34,879 nucleotides of DNA. Source: an uncultured Syntrophomonadaceae bacterium (lineage in GTDB: Bacteria; Bacillota; Dethiobacteria; PWVN01). Position numbers and translations under genes: made by a program. The notes under the pieces were generated by a model. The model saw only the letters and a list, made by a program, of their open reading frames with translations, did not search any database and was not told the origin of the DNA. Every line of letters begins with the position of its first letter. Position 1 is the stretch's first letter. Shown here piece after piece: positions 8,823 through 17,403 of the stretch. The stretch is taken from positions 1-34,879 of the forward strand of contig CAZLTH010000002.1 in assembly GCA_964562355.1 (NCBI GenBank). The letters are read 5' to 3'.

Positions 8823-10496
8823 TTACAGTATAGCCTCTTGCTTGTATTCACCAAAAATTTCTCTTAAAACACCACATATTTCTCCCAAGGTAGCATAATT
8901 TTTAACTGCTTCCAGAATCAACGGCATAAGATTCTCTTCAGTTTGAGCCGCACTGCGCAGTTGTTTCAAAATTTCAGCCACTTGACGCTGGTTCCGTTTT
9001 TCCCTCAACTGTTGCAATCTTATCTCCTGTTTTTCGCCTACTGCGGGATCAACTTTTAAAAGATCCATATGCATTTCTTCCGAGGTTGTAAATTTATTCA
9101 CACCGACCACTACTTTTTCTTTTCTTTCTATAGCCATTTGATAAGCATAAGCACTTCTTTGAATTTCCTTTTGCATAAAACCTTTTTCAACGGCAATTAC
9201 TGCGCCCCCGATAGTATCGATTTTGTTAATATATTCCATGGCAGCCTGCTCTATTTCCGAGGTTAAACTTTCTAGGTAAAAAGAACCTGCCAGTGGGTCA
9301 ACAGTATCGGTAACGCCTATTTCATAGCCGATTACCTGTTGAGTTCTAAGAGCAATAAGGACAGCTTCTTCGCTAGGGAGGGCCAAGGCTTCGTCCCGGG
9401 AGTTGGTATGCAGGGATTGGGTTCCACCCAGCACAGAACTTAACGCCTGAAAGGCTACTCTCATTACATTAACATCAGGTTGCTGGGCAGTCAGGGTGCA
9501 TCCTGCTGTTTGGGTGTGGAATCTTAACATTAATGATTTGGGATTTTTGGCTCCAAATCTTTCCTTCATAATTCTGGCCCAGATACGCCGGGCTGCTCTA
9601 AATTTTGCTATTTCTTCAAAAAAATTAAGATGTGCGTTAAAGAAAAAAGAAAGACGTGGGGCAAACTCATCAATGCTCAAGCCAATCTTTAGAGCAGCCT
9701 CTACATAGGCAATTCCATTGGCTAGGGTAAAAGCAACTTCTTGTACAGCAGATGAGCCGGCCTCCCTGATGTGATAGCCACTGATACTTATAGTGTTCCA
9801 GCGAGGCATTTCCTGTGCACAGTAGGCAAAAATATCAGTTATCAGGCGCATTGACTCCTGCGGGGGGAAAATATATGTTCCTCGTGCTACATATTCCTTA
9901 AGGATATCGTTTTGTATAGTTCCTCCCAGTGCAGATTTTTCTAAACCTTGTTTTTCGGCCAGAGCTATGTACATGGCTAAGATAACAGCTGCCGGCGAGT
10001 TAATAGTCATAGAAGTAGTTACTTTATCTAAAGGTATATCGTCAAATAAAACCTCCATATCCAGCAAAGAATCTATGGCTACGCCTACCTTCCCCACCTC
10101 TCCCCGGGCTAGGGAGTGATCAGAGTCATACCCTATTTGTGTCGGAAGATCAAAAGCAACACTTAACCCTGTCTGCCCCTGTTCCAGCAAGTACTTAAAT
10201 CTTTTGTTGGTTTCCTCGGCAGAACCAAAGCCAGCGTACTGGCGCATAGTCCAGAGACGACCCCGGTACATGGTAGGTTGAATACCCCGTGTATAGGGAT
10301 ATTCTCCGGGGAAGCCCAAATCTTTTTCCATGTCCAAATCGTGAACATCCGCCGGGGTATAGACTCTTTCGGTGGTTATGTCTGAATCCGTTTGAAAAGT
10401 CTTTCTTTCAGGTCTTTTGGCTAACTTGGGTTTCAGATTCTCTGTAAAGTTTTTTTCCTTTTCCCGGATAAGATTAATTTTCGTTTTATCAAACAA
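8823..10496 (-). CDS. Methylmalonyl-CoA mutase, catalytic (TIM-barrel) large subunit
   Basis: 557 aa, TTG start with GGAGGG RBS. Motifs are [21 protein letters not shown] and [22 protein letters not shown]. Tyr77 (10266-10268) and Arg205 (9882-9884) are the MCM-type substrate-carboxylate residues. Confidence 0.9.
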   Translation of the reverse strand: MFDKTKINLIREKEKNFTENLKPKLAKRPERKTFQTDSDITTERVYTPADVHDLDMEKDLGFPGEYPYTRGIQPTMYRGRLWTMRQYAGFGSAEETNKRFKYLLEQGQTGLSVAFDLPTQIGYDSDHSLARGEVGKVGVAIDSLLDMEVLFDDIPLDKVTTSMTINSPAAVILAMYIALAEKQGLEKSALGGTIQNDILKEYVARGTYIFPPQESMRLITDIFAYCAQEMPRWNTISISGYHIREAGSSAVQEVAFTLANGIAYVEAALKIGLSIDEFAPRLSFFFNAHLNFFEEIAKFRAARRIWARIMKERFGAKNPKSLMLRFHTQTAGCTLTAQQPDVNVMRVAFQALSSVLGGTQSLHTNSRDEALALPSEEAVLIALRTQQVIGYEIGVTDTVDPLAGSFYLESLTSEIEQAAMEYINKIDTIGGAVIAVEKGFMQKEIQRSAYAYQMAIERKEKVVVGVNKFTTSEEMHMDLLKVDPAVGEKQEIRLQQLREKRNQRQVAEILKQLRSAAQTEENLMPLILEAVKNYATLGEICGVLREIFGEYKQEAIL

Positions 10497-10516
10497 TATT
10501 TATCCCTCCGTTTCTC

Positions 10517-11386
10517 TTAGGCAAGAAATTCCTTAACCATTTCAGGCACCTCAAAAGGGAGAGCTGCTACCTTTACCCCTGCTTCTTGCAAGGCTTTCAC
10601 TTTTCCGTCAAAGGTTCCTTTTCCTCTCTCTATTATAGCCCCGGCATGCCCCATTCTTTTGCCGGGAGGAGCACTCTTCCCGGCAAGATAAGCAATAACA
10701 GGTTTGGTTATATTTTCTCGGATATAGATAGCTGCTTCTTCTTCCGCACTGCCGCCAATTTCACCTACCATCACGATGACTTTAGTTTCAGAATCTTCTT
10801 CGAATTTTTCCAGTACATCAATAAAATTTAATCCTACAACTCTGTCTCCTCCCAATCCAACAACAGTACTGGTTCCTAAAGCAGCATTTTTTAAATTACC
10901 AACGATTTCGTAACTTAAAGTTCCGCTACGAGCTACTACGCCCACAGGCCCTGGAACAAAGAACCGGTTGGGCATTATACCAATCTTACATTTAGCGGCA
11001 GAAACGAGACCAAAAGTATTGGGACCGACTATAGTTGTTTTTTTTCTTTCTGCGTAAGCCATAATATCCAGCGCATCATGTAAAGGAATATGTTCTGGGA
11101 TTAAAACAACTACTTCCATGCCGGCATCGATAGCTTCTAGAGCGCCGTCTTTAGCAAAAGGGGCTGGTATAAAAAGCACAGATGCTTGTATGGAGTGATT
11201 CTGAACAGCTTCTGCTACGGTATTATAAACAGGCACTCCCTCTACTTCTTTTCCTTTCTTCCCCGGGGAAACTCCGGCTACAATCTGAGTACCGTAACTT
11301 AACATTTGTTTAGTATGAAAAGAGCCTTGATTTCCTGTTATGCCTTGCACCAGCACCTTGGTTTTTTCATTTATGTACACAGCCAT
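10517..11386 (-). CDS. sucD: Succinyl-CoA synthetase (ADP/GDP-forming) alpha subunit
   Basis: 289 aa, CoA-binding N-terminus VLVQGITGNQGSFH, phosphohistidine loop GKRMGHAGAII. Confidence 0.92.
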   Translation of the reverse strand: MAVYINEKTKVLVQGITGNQGSFHTKQMLSYGTQIVAGVSPGKKGKEVEGVPVYNTVAEAVQNHSIQASVLFIPAPFAKDGALEAIDAGMEVVVLIPEHIPLHDALDIMAYAERKKTTIVGPNTFGLVSAAKCKIGIMPNRFFVPGPVGVVARSGTLSYEIVGNLKNAALGTSTVVGLGGDRVVGLNFIDVLEKFEEDSETKVIVMVGEIGGSAEEEAAIYIRENITKPVIAYLAGKSAPPGKRMGHAGAIIERGKGTFDGKVKALQEAGVKVAALPFEVPEMVKEFLA

Positions 11387-11404
11387 TTAAATATCCCTCC
11401 TCAT

Positions 11405-12508
11405 TTATCCAGCCAGTTCTACAACTTTGGCTGCGGCCTCATGCATCTTCTCATAGGTTTCGATACCATTTCCCTGTAAAATTTGTCGCCCTATAGTTTC
11501 ATTTGTTCCTACCAGGCGGATAACAACCGGCACAGAAATCTGCATGCTTTTTTTTACTTTAACGAAAGCGGCAGCTACATCATCACAGCGGGTAATGCCA
11601 CCGAAAATATTGATCAAAATAGCCCGGGGGTTAGTAGCCAGAAGAAGCTTTAAAGCTTTTGCCGTCAACTCCTCTCCCGCCCCACCACCGGCATCAAGAA
11701 AGTTAGCAGGACTACCACCATAATGCTGTATCAAATCTAGTGTAGCCATAGTAATGCCGGCACCATTAGCCATAACAGCGATATCTCCTCCCAGTTCCAC
11801 ATAAGCCAAGCCCAAAGCGTGTGCTTTCTTTTCTAAAGCTGTTCTCTCTTCTACCAAGGGGATTTCTCTTTGGCGAAAAAGAGCGTCATCGTCAATGGTT
11901 ACCTTTGCATCTGCCGCTATCACCGCACTGCCACTAACAACAAGAGGGTTTATTTCCAACAATTCAGCATCTTTTTCTTTAAAAAGAAGATATAGGTTTT
12001 GTAATATTGCAGAGACTTGTTTAGCAACATCACCTTTTAATCCTAGGGCGGATATTACTTCTCTGACCATAAAAGGTTGTAACCCTATCTGAGGGTTAAT
12101 AGATCTTTTTACAATCAGCTCTTCTGGCACTTCCTCTATATCCATTCCTCCTGCCGTTGAAGCGAGGATTAGAGGCATTTTAGTTTCTCCATCCACTGTC
12201 AAAGCTAGATAAAACTCTTTGTCAATGGTTAGTTTTTTTTCTACCAGAAGAACATCTACCTGGAAACCTCCAATGTTCATCCCTAGGATTTCTGCTGCTT
12301 TTTCCCGAGCTTCTGCTGCATTTGCGGCAAAACCTATACCGCCAGCTTTACCTCTTTTCCCGGTTAAAACTTGTGATTTAACAACTACACTGCCTATTTC
12401 TTGTGCAGCTAGGAAAGCTTCTTCCGGAGTTTTCACCACTTGTCCAGCCGGGACGGAGATACCGTAGTCAGCAAAGAGTTTTTTCCCCATGTACTCATAA
12501 AGTTTCAA
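11405..12508 (-). CDS. sucC: Succinyl-CoA synthetase beta subunit (ATP-grasp)
   Basis: 367 aa, MKLYEYMGKKLFADYGISVP N-terminus. TTG start is 6 nt after GGAGGG, which sits in the 12-nt gap after the regulator stop. Confidence 0.9.
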   Translation of the reverse strand: MKLYEYMGKKLFADYGISVPAGQVVKTPEEAFLAAQEIGSVVVKSQVLTGKRGKAGGIGFAANAAEAREKAAEILGMNIGGFQVDVLLVEKKLTIDKEFYLALTVDGETKMPLILASTAGGMDIEEVPEELIVKRSINPQIGLQPFMVREVISALGLKGDVAKQVSAILQNLYLLFKEKDAELLEINPLVVSGSAVIAADAKVTIDDDALFRQREIPLVEERTALEKKAHALGLAYVELGGDIAVMANGAGITMATLDLIQHYGGSPANFLDAGGGAGEELTAKALKLLLATNPRAILINIFGGITRCDDVAAAFVKVKKSMQISVPVVIRLVGTNETIGRQILQGNGIETYEKMHEAAAKVVELAG

Positions 12509-12520
12509 ATAAATCCCTCC

Positions 12521-14224
12521 TTAAATTTTTATCTTATATTTTTTTAATTTGTTATATAAAGTAGCTAGAGAAATGTTCAAAGCTGCGGCAACCTTCTTTT
12601 TCCCTGCTAGGTTTTCTCCATAGCGAGACAAAGCAGCTTTTAACATCATTTGTTCCATTTTGCTCAAAGGTAATATTTCCATATATTGTCCTGTTTCCAT
12701 ATAGTTGAATCGACTGATATAAGGCGAAAGGTGTTCTTTTTTTAAGGTACTTCCTTCTGCCGCCATCATAGCTCTTTCTATAATATTATCCAGTTCACGT
12801 ATGTTTCCGGGCCACTCGTAATTAACCAATATTTGTCTGGCTTCTTCACTAGTTACTTTCACTTTTTTTCCCAGCTTGCGATTATATTTAACAATAAAAT
12901 ACTGTACCAGTTCTGGTATATCTTCGCTTCTTTCTCTTAATGGAGGAAGCGCTATTTTTTGCAAGTTAAGCAAAAAATACAACTCTTCTAAAAATTTCCC
13001 CTCTCGTACCAGTTGCTTCAACTCTATATTGCTAGAAATTATTACTCTAACTTCTCCCTTTATGTTCTTTTTTCCTCCTATTCTTCTAAAATTTTTTGTT
13101 TTTAAAAAATTTAGAAGTTTTTGTTGGAAAAAAAGTTTAAGAACTCCTACTTCCTCAATAAAAAGAGTTCCCCCACGAGCTATCTCTACACGACCCAGCT
13201 TTGTGGTAACAGCTCCACCAGGAGCTTCTCTTTCGGATCCAAAAAACTCACCTTCCATAATTTCTTCTGGAATATCAGTACATTTTATTTTGATAAAAGG
13301 CTTATTCCGACGCTGGCTATGCTGGTGTATAGCAGGAGCAAAAACATTTTTCCCGGTACCGTTTTCTCCGGTAAGGAGAAGAGTAAAATCTCCCCGGGAC
13401 ATTTTCTGTGCTGTCTCCACAGTAGACCGGAAAACTTTAGACTTTCCCACTAAATCCTTAAAAGTATACTTACTTCCTGTGATTATATCCATACGAGCGT
13501 AAAGATTTTCAATAATAGTACTGCTTTTCTGTAATTCATCCATCAGTTTAAAGATATCGGTTATAGCCTGAAAAACAACTACTGCTCCTTCTATTTCCCC
13601 CTCCACTACAATCGGTGCCGCATTGGAAATAACTTCTACCCCGGAACCACCTACCTTGGAACGATAAGCTACAACTTTTTGCTGACATATTAAAGATTGC
13701 GCCAGCGCACCGTGCGGAGAAACTTCAAAAATATTTTTATTTACCCGATTATCAGCCGGAATACCTGTTACCCTGGTGAAAGAGGGATTAACATATTTTA
13801 TCAAGCCAGTGTTGTCAGCTACTTCTATAGCTTCCTGCACTGAATTAAGAATTGCCCACAACTCTCCTTTTAGTTTCTTTGCTTCTAATAATTCCTTATT
13901 TGTTTGCAATAAAGTAGTTAAAAAATTGCCCGCTCTAGCTTCCATAATAGACGAAGCAGGGTTTTTCAACCTTTTTATTTTGGCGAGCAGTTCCAAATCC
14001 TCACCAGCAAAAAGTATGACATCCAGGTTGCTGTCCTGAATTAACGGACGGAAATCTTTTATAATCAAAACTTTATCTTTTTCTTTCTTAATCAGCTCCG
14101 TCAGTCTGCCATCATAATCTACCACTCCTACCAGTTCTACCTGTGCCACTTCCCTGATGACACGGTAAGCAGCTATACTTTCTTCACCTTGACCGATAAT
14201 TGCTACATTAATTTTTTTTGTCAT
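12521..14224 (-). CDS. PAS-domain, AAA+ (sigma-54-interaction-type) transcriptional activator with C-terminal Fis-type HTH; GAFTGA loop degenerate
   Basis: Walker A is GENGTGKN. ESELFGHEKGAFTGA is replaced gaplessly by EGEFFGSEREAPGGA. GGTLFIEEV, RERSEDIP, WPGNIRELDN and the HTH AAALNISLATLYNKLKKY are present. The ORF opens at GTG 14233, but ATG 14224 sits about 8 nt after the GGAAGAGG RBS. Confidence 0.85.
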   Translation of the reverse strand: MTKKINVAIIGQGEESIAAYRVIREVAQVELVGVVDYDGRLTELIKKEKDKVLIIKDFRPLIQDSNLDVILFAGEDLELLAKIKRLKNPASSIMEARAGNFLTTLLQTNKELLEAKKLKGELWAILNSVQEAIEVADNTGLIKYVNPSFTRVTGIPADNRVNKNIFEVSPHGALAQSLICQQKVVAYRSKVGGSGVEVISNAAPIVVEGEIEGAVVVFQAITDIFKLMDELQKSSTIIENLYARMDIITGSKYTFKDLVGKSKVFRSTVETAQKMSRGDFTLLLTGENGTGKNVFAPAIHQHSQRRNKPFIKIKCTDIPEEIMEGEFFGSEREAPGGAVTTKLGRVEIARGGTLFIEEVGVLKLFFQQKLLNFLKTKNFRRIGGKKNIKGEVRVIISSNIELKQLVREGKFLEELYFLLNLQKIALPPLRERSEDIPELVQYFIVKYNRKLGKKVKVTSEEARQILVNYEWPGNIRELDNIIERAMMAAEGSTLKKEHLSPYISRFNYMETGQYMEILPLSKMEQMMLKAALSRYGENLAGKKKVAAALNISLATLYNKLKKYKIKI

Positions 14225-14388
14225 AGGCAACACCTCTTCCTTTTAGAATAATTCGCAAAAATAGAAGAAAATCCTCCTCTGAACCAGTAATAATTTTAAT
14301 TATGTAACTCCTCAGATACCTAGTTTTTTTAAACCACGGATGCGATTCAGAATCCTTTAAATTAAGGCTCACTGTTATATATAAGATT

Positions 14389-15744
14389 TTACCCTTTCTT
14401 AACTATCCGTGAAACAGTCTCCACATGTACAGTATGTGGAAACATATCCACTGGCTGGACTTCTTTGCTTGTAAACCCTTGTCTCTCTAGGATGGCAATG
14501 TCTCTGGCTAATGTTGCCGGGTTGCATGATACATAGATGATTTTTGCTGGTTGCATATCAGCAATTGTTTGTAATAGTTTTGCCTCACAGCCTTTTCTTG
14601 GTGGGTCAACAACAACTATGTCCGCTTTTATTCCTTCTTTGTATAGCTCCGGGACAACTTCTTCGGCTTCTCCTTGATAAAATTCTACATTTTTGATGTT
14701 ATTCAAGACAGCATTTGCTTTGGCATCCTCTACCGCCTCGGGAATAACTTCTACTCCGTAAACTTTTTTCGCTTTTTGTGCTAAGAACAAGGATATTGTG
14801 CCTATACCACAGTATAAATCAAAAACTGTTTCCTCACCTTTTAAGTCAGCATAGACCAGTATTTTTTCGTAGAGAATTTTCGTTTGTTCTGGATTTACTT
14901 GCCAGAAAGAATGAGGTGAAATAGTATATTTTAAGTCTCCTATGTAATCCGTTATTTTATCAGCGCCATAGATTGTGATGGTTTTTTGGCCTAAAATCAC
15001 ATTGGTATTTTTATTGTTTATATTATGGATGATACTCTTTAAGCCCGTTATATTTTCTTTTAATATTGCAATCAGCTGACTTTTAAAGGGCAGTTTATTA
15101 CCGTTAGTAACCAATATAATCATAACCTCACCGGTCAAAAAGCCTACTCTTGTAACAACATGCCGGAGTAATCCCCGGTGAGTTTTTTCGTTATAGGTGC
15201 TGACATTAAATTTATTAATATATTCTTTTACGCTCGCCATCACTTTTTGAATTACCGGATGTTGCACATGGCAATAACTTGTATCCACCAAGTCGTGTGT
15301 CCCTTTTTTATAAAACCCCATCGTTGCTTTTCCTTTGATGAAGCCTACCGGAAACTGGGCTTTATTGCGATATTTGTAGGGCACTTGCATTCCCAGTGTT
15401 TCATGTACGATTGTTTCTGTTTTTCCAATACGTTTTAATGTTTCTACTACTTTTTCTCTCTTTTGCCGGAGTTGCTCCTGATACTCCATGTGCATGAGCT
15501 GGCAACCGCCGCATTGTTCGAAAACGTTACAGACTGGCTCCACTCTGTGGGAAGAAGGGTTTAAGATTTTTATTATTTTTCCTAGGGCGTAGTTTTTTTT
15601 AAGAGATAATATTTTTGTTTTGATTTTATCTCCCGGGATACCGCCTTCTATGAAGATGGTGAACCCTTTTATTTTTGCAATACCTGCACCGTTATGTCCG
15701 AGTCCTTCTATATTTACGTCATAAATTGCATTTTTCTCAACCAT
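14389..15744 (-). CDS. rlmD: 23S rRNA (uracil-C5)-methyltransferase, RlmD/RumA family (TRAM + 4Fe-4S + SAM methyltransferase)
   Basis: 451 aa with an N-terminal TRAM domain, Cys cluster CNVFEQCGGCQLMH, SAM motif DLYCGIGT and the catalytic YVSCNP. Confidence 0.88.
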   Translation of the reverse strand: MVEKNAIYDVNIEGLGHNGAGIAKIKGFTIFIEGGIPGDKIKTKILSLKKNYALGKIIKILNPSSHRVEPVCNVFEQCGGCQLMHMEYQEQLRQKREKVVETLKRIGKTETIVHETLGMQVPYKYRNKAQFPVGFIKGKATMGFYKKGTHDLVDTSYCHVQHPVIQKVMASVKEYINKFNVSTYNEKTHRGLLRHVVTRVGFLTGEVMIILVTNGNKLPFKSQLIAILKENITGLKSIIHNINNKNTNVILGQKTITIYGADKITDYIGDLKYTISPHSFWQVNPEQTKILYEKILVYADLKGEETVFDLYCGIGTISLFLAQKAKKVYGVEVIPEAVEDAKANAVLNNIKNVEFYQGEAEEVVPELYKEGIKADIVVVDPPRKGCEAKLLQTIADMQPAKIIYVSCNPATLARDIAILERQGFTSKEVQPVDMFPHTVHVETVSRIVKKG

Positions 15745-15759
15745 TTGCTTTCTCCTTTT

Positions 15760-15789
15760 TTGAATTAATAGACGCTGACTTTTTATATT
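15760..15789 (+). promoter_or_regulatory. Candidate sigma-A promoter TTGAAT-N18-TATATT facing mobA
   Basis: Hexamers at 15760-15765 and 15784-15789, overlapping the left arms of the nested palindrome. By-eye match only. Confidence 0.35.
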
Positions 15790-15837
15790 ATGATTCTATC
15801 ATATAAAATCATAATAATCAGCGCAAATCAGCGTCTA
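15769..15837. promoter_or_regulatory. Nested inverted repeats in the rlmD/mobA divergent region: TAGACGCTGA / TCAGCGTCTA (outer) and TATTATGAT / ATCATAATA (inner)
   Basis: Outer arms 15769-15778 and 15828-15837 are a perfect 10 bp. Inner arms 15786-15794 and 15808-15816 are a perfect 9 bp. Confidence 0.7.
15798..15826 (-). promoter_or_regulatory. Candidate sigma-A promoter TTGCGC-N17-TATGAT facing rlmD
   Basis: On the minus strand the -35 is at 15821-15826 and the -10 at 15798-15803. By-eye match only. Confidence 0.4.
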
Positions 15838-15881
15838 ATATTTTTCTCACCTGCAGAGCAGCTTGTCCGGCTAGAAGAAGT

Positions 15882-16598
15882 ATGATAAAATTGCGCATAG
15901 ATCATCATTTTTTTGTTCAGTGCCGGAAGCGGAATGGAGTGTTGGTGTTGAAAACTATAGAAATATCTGCAGTAGTTCTGGCGGGGGGAAAGAGCTCTCG
16001 CATGGGCGGCAACAAATTGCTTTTGCCTTTGGGAAGGGGCACTGTTATCAGCAATCTGCTGGAAAAATTACTGCTACTTTTTGCGGAAGTTATTGTAGTA
16101 ACAGACCATCCACAAGAGTATTCTTCTCTGCCTGTTAAGGTAACAGCGGATTTAATACCTTGCCCTGTGAAAAATTCCCTCACAGGCCTTCATACGGGGT
16201 TAACTGTTGCCTCTAATCCTTATAGCCTGATGTTGGCCGGAGATATGCCTTTTGCTAACCCAGCTTTACTTGCGTATCTTTGTGAGCTGAGTGATGGGTA
16301 TGATGTGACTATACCGCAACAAGGACAGCACTTTCAGCCCCTTTGTGCTGTTTATCATAAAAACTGTCTGCCTCATATCGAAAAGCTTCTTTTACAGAGT
16401 CAATACAAGTTGACGGCTTTTTTCCAATATATGAATGTACGATGTGTAGCTAAAACTAATCTTGAATCTTATGACCCTGAATTGCTTTCTTTCTTTAACA
16501 TCAATACAGCAGAAGATTATCTGAGGGCCAAAGAAATAATGAAAAAAATAACCTCTGTGCAAAGAAAACTTTGCCTTAAGTTAGCCGAAGATATATAA
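15882..16598 (+). CDS. mobA: Molybdenum cofactor guanylyltransferase (MobA-like nucleotidyltransferase)
   Basis: ISAVVLAGGKSSRMGGNKLLLPL and LAGDMPF motifs. The true start may be GTG 15939, TTG 15942 or GTG 15945, which removes a 19-22 aa non-conserved leader. Confidence 0.75.
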   Translation: MIKLRIDHHFFVQCRKRNGVLVLKTIEISAVVLAGGKSSRMGGNKLLLPLGRGTVISNLLEKLLLLFAEVIVVTDHPQEYSSLPVKVTADLIPCPVKNSLTGLHTGLTVASNPYSLMLAGDMPFANPALLAYLCELSDGYDVTIPQQGQHFQPLCAVYHKNCLPHIEKLLLQSQYKLTAFFQYMNVRCVAKTNLESYDPELLSFFNINTAEDYLRAKEIMKKITSVQRKLCLKLAEDI

Positions 16599-16629
16599 TT
16601 AGATGTTGGAACATAGAGAGGAGTATTAT

Positions 16630-17403
16630 ATGCGTACTGACGGCAGGAAGCAAAACGAATTTCGTTCTATTAAAATAACACCGGGTTATTTAAAATTTAC
16701 ACTGGGTTCTGTGCTTATTGAAATGGGGGACACCAAGGTTCTTTGTGCTGCTACCGTGGAAAACAAAGTCCCTCCTTTTTTGCGAGGAGGGAAAAAAGGT
16801 TGGCTGACGGCAGAGTATTCTCTTTTGCCGCAGTCTACAGAAAAGCGCACGATAAGAGAAGCAGCTCGTGGGAAAATTGCTGGGAGAACCTCGGAAATCC
16901 AAAGGTTAATCGGCCGCTCTTTGCGGTCAGTGATAGACTTTGCTGTTTTGGGAGAAAAGACTGTCTGGATAGACTGTGATGTTATTCAAGCGGACGGTGG
17001 CACGCGTACTGCTGCTATTACCGGTGCTTTTATAGCTTTGGTTCAAGCAATGCATTTTTTGCAAAAAAAAGGCGAATTAAAGACATTCCCGGTAAAAGAT
17101 TTTCTGGCAGCTACCAGCGTCGGTATCGTGGCAGGAAATCCCCTTTTGGACTTAAACTATACTGAAGATTTTGCTGCAGAAGTAGATATGAATGTTGTTA
17201 TGACTGGACAAGGTGAATTTATTGAGGTACAGGGAACGGCAGAAGGAACACCGTATACAAGGGAAGATTTAGATTTTCTTTTAGATTTAGCAACCCTAGG
17301 CATAGAGGAATTAATAAACTTACAAAAGAAAACCTTAGGGAAAGAGCTTTCTTCATTGATTTTGAAAACGAGCGGCAGGTGTGATAATAAATGCAGCAAC
17401 TAA
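16630..17403 (+). CDS. rph: Ribonuclease PH
   Basis: [20 protein letters not shown]..., [36 protein letters not shown] 16630 follows the GAGAGGAG RBS and is preferred over the track start at 16603. It overlaps rdgB by 13 nt. Confidence 0.92.
   Translation: MRTDGRKQNEFRSIKITPGYLKFTLGSVLIEMGDTKVLCAATVENKVPPFLRGGKKGWLTAEYSLLPQSTEKRTIREAARGKIAGRTSEIQRLIGRSLRSVIDFAVLGEKTVWIDCDVIQADGGTRTAAITGAFIALVQAMHFLQKKGELKTFPVKDFLAATSVGIVAGNPLLDLNYTEDFAAEVDMNVVMTGQGEFIEVQGTAEGTPYTREDLDFLLDLATLGIEELINLQKKTLGKELSSLILKTSGRCDNKCSN

Noticed and set aside
10163-10348. 61-aa same-strand out-of-frame ORF within the mutase large subunit
   Set aside because: It is embedded in the conserved [21 protein letters not shown] region, with no RBS and an implausible composition.
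12876-13502. 208-aa plus-strand ORF (plus the overlapping 110-aa ORF at 13121-13453). This is unusually long for an AT-rich genome.
   Set aside because: It is entirely antisense to the conserved AAA+ core of the regulator. The product is low-complexity (S/P/F/K-rich), with no RBS and no recognisable motif. Its length is explained by stop-codon avoidance opposite a Lys/Glu/Phe-rich frame.
14234-14388. Search for a sigma-54 (-24/-12) or strong sigma-A promoter upstream of the regulator/acyl-CoA operon. The spacers at 8219-8416, 2706-2990 and 1410-1559 were scanned as well.
   Set aside because: There is no TGGCAC-N5-TTGCW match by eye on the minus strand, only weak hexamers. This is recorded as a negative observation, not an exhaustive computational scan.
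16603-16629. Track start codons that extend ORFs upstream: rph 16603, tandem-HD gene 28452, Coat_F 30415, FtsH-like 34538, cca 25341, trkA 28246
   Set aside because: In each case an internal ATG/TTG sits 6-9 nt after a GGAGG-type RBS. The extension is non-conserved or overlaps the upstream gene, so the shorter models were preferred.
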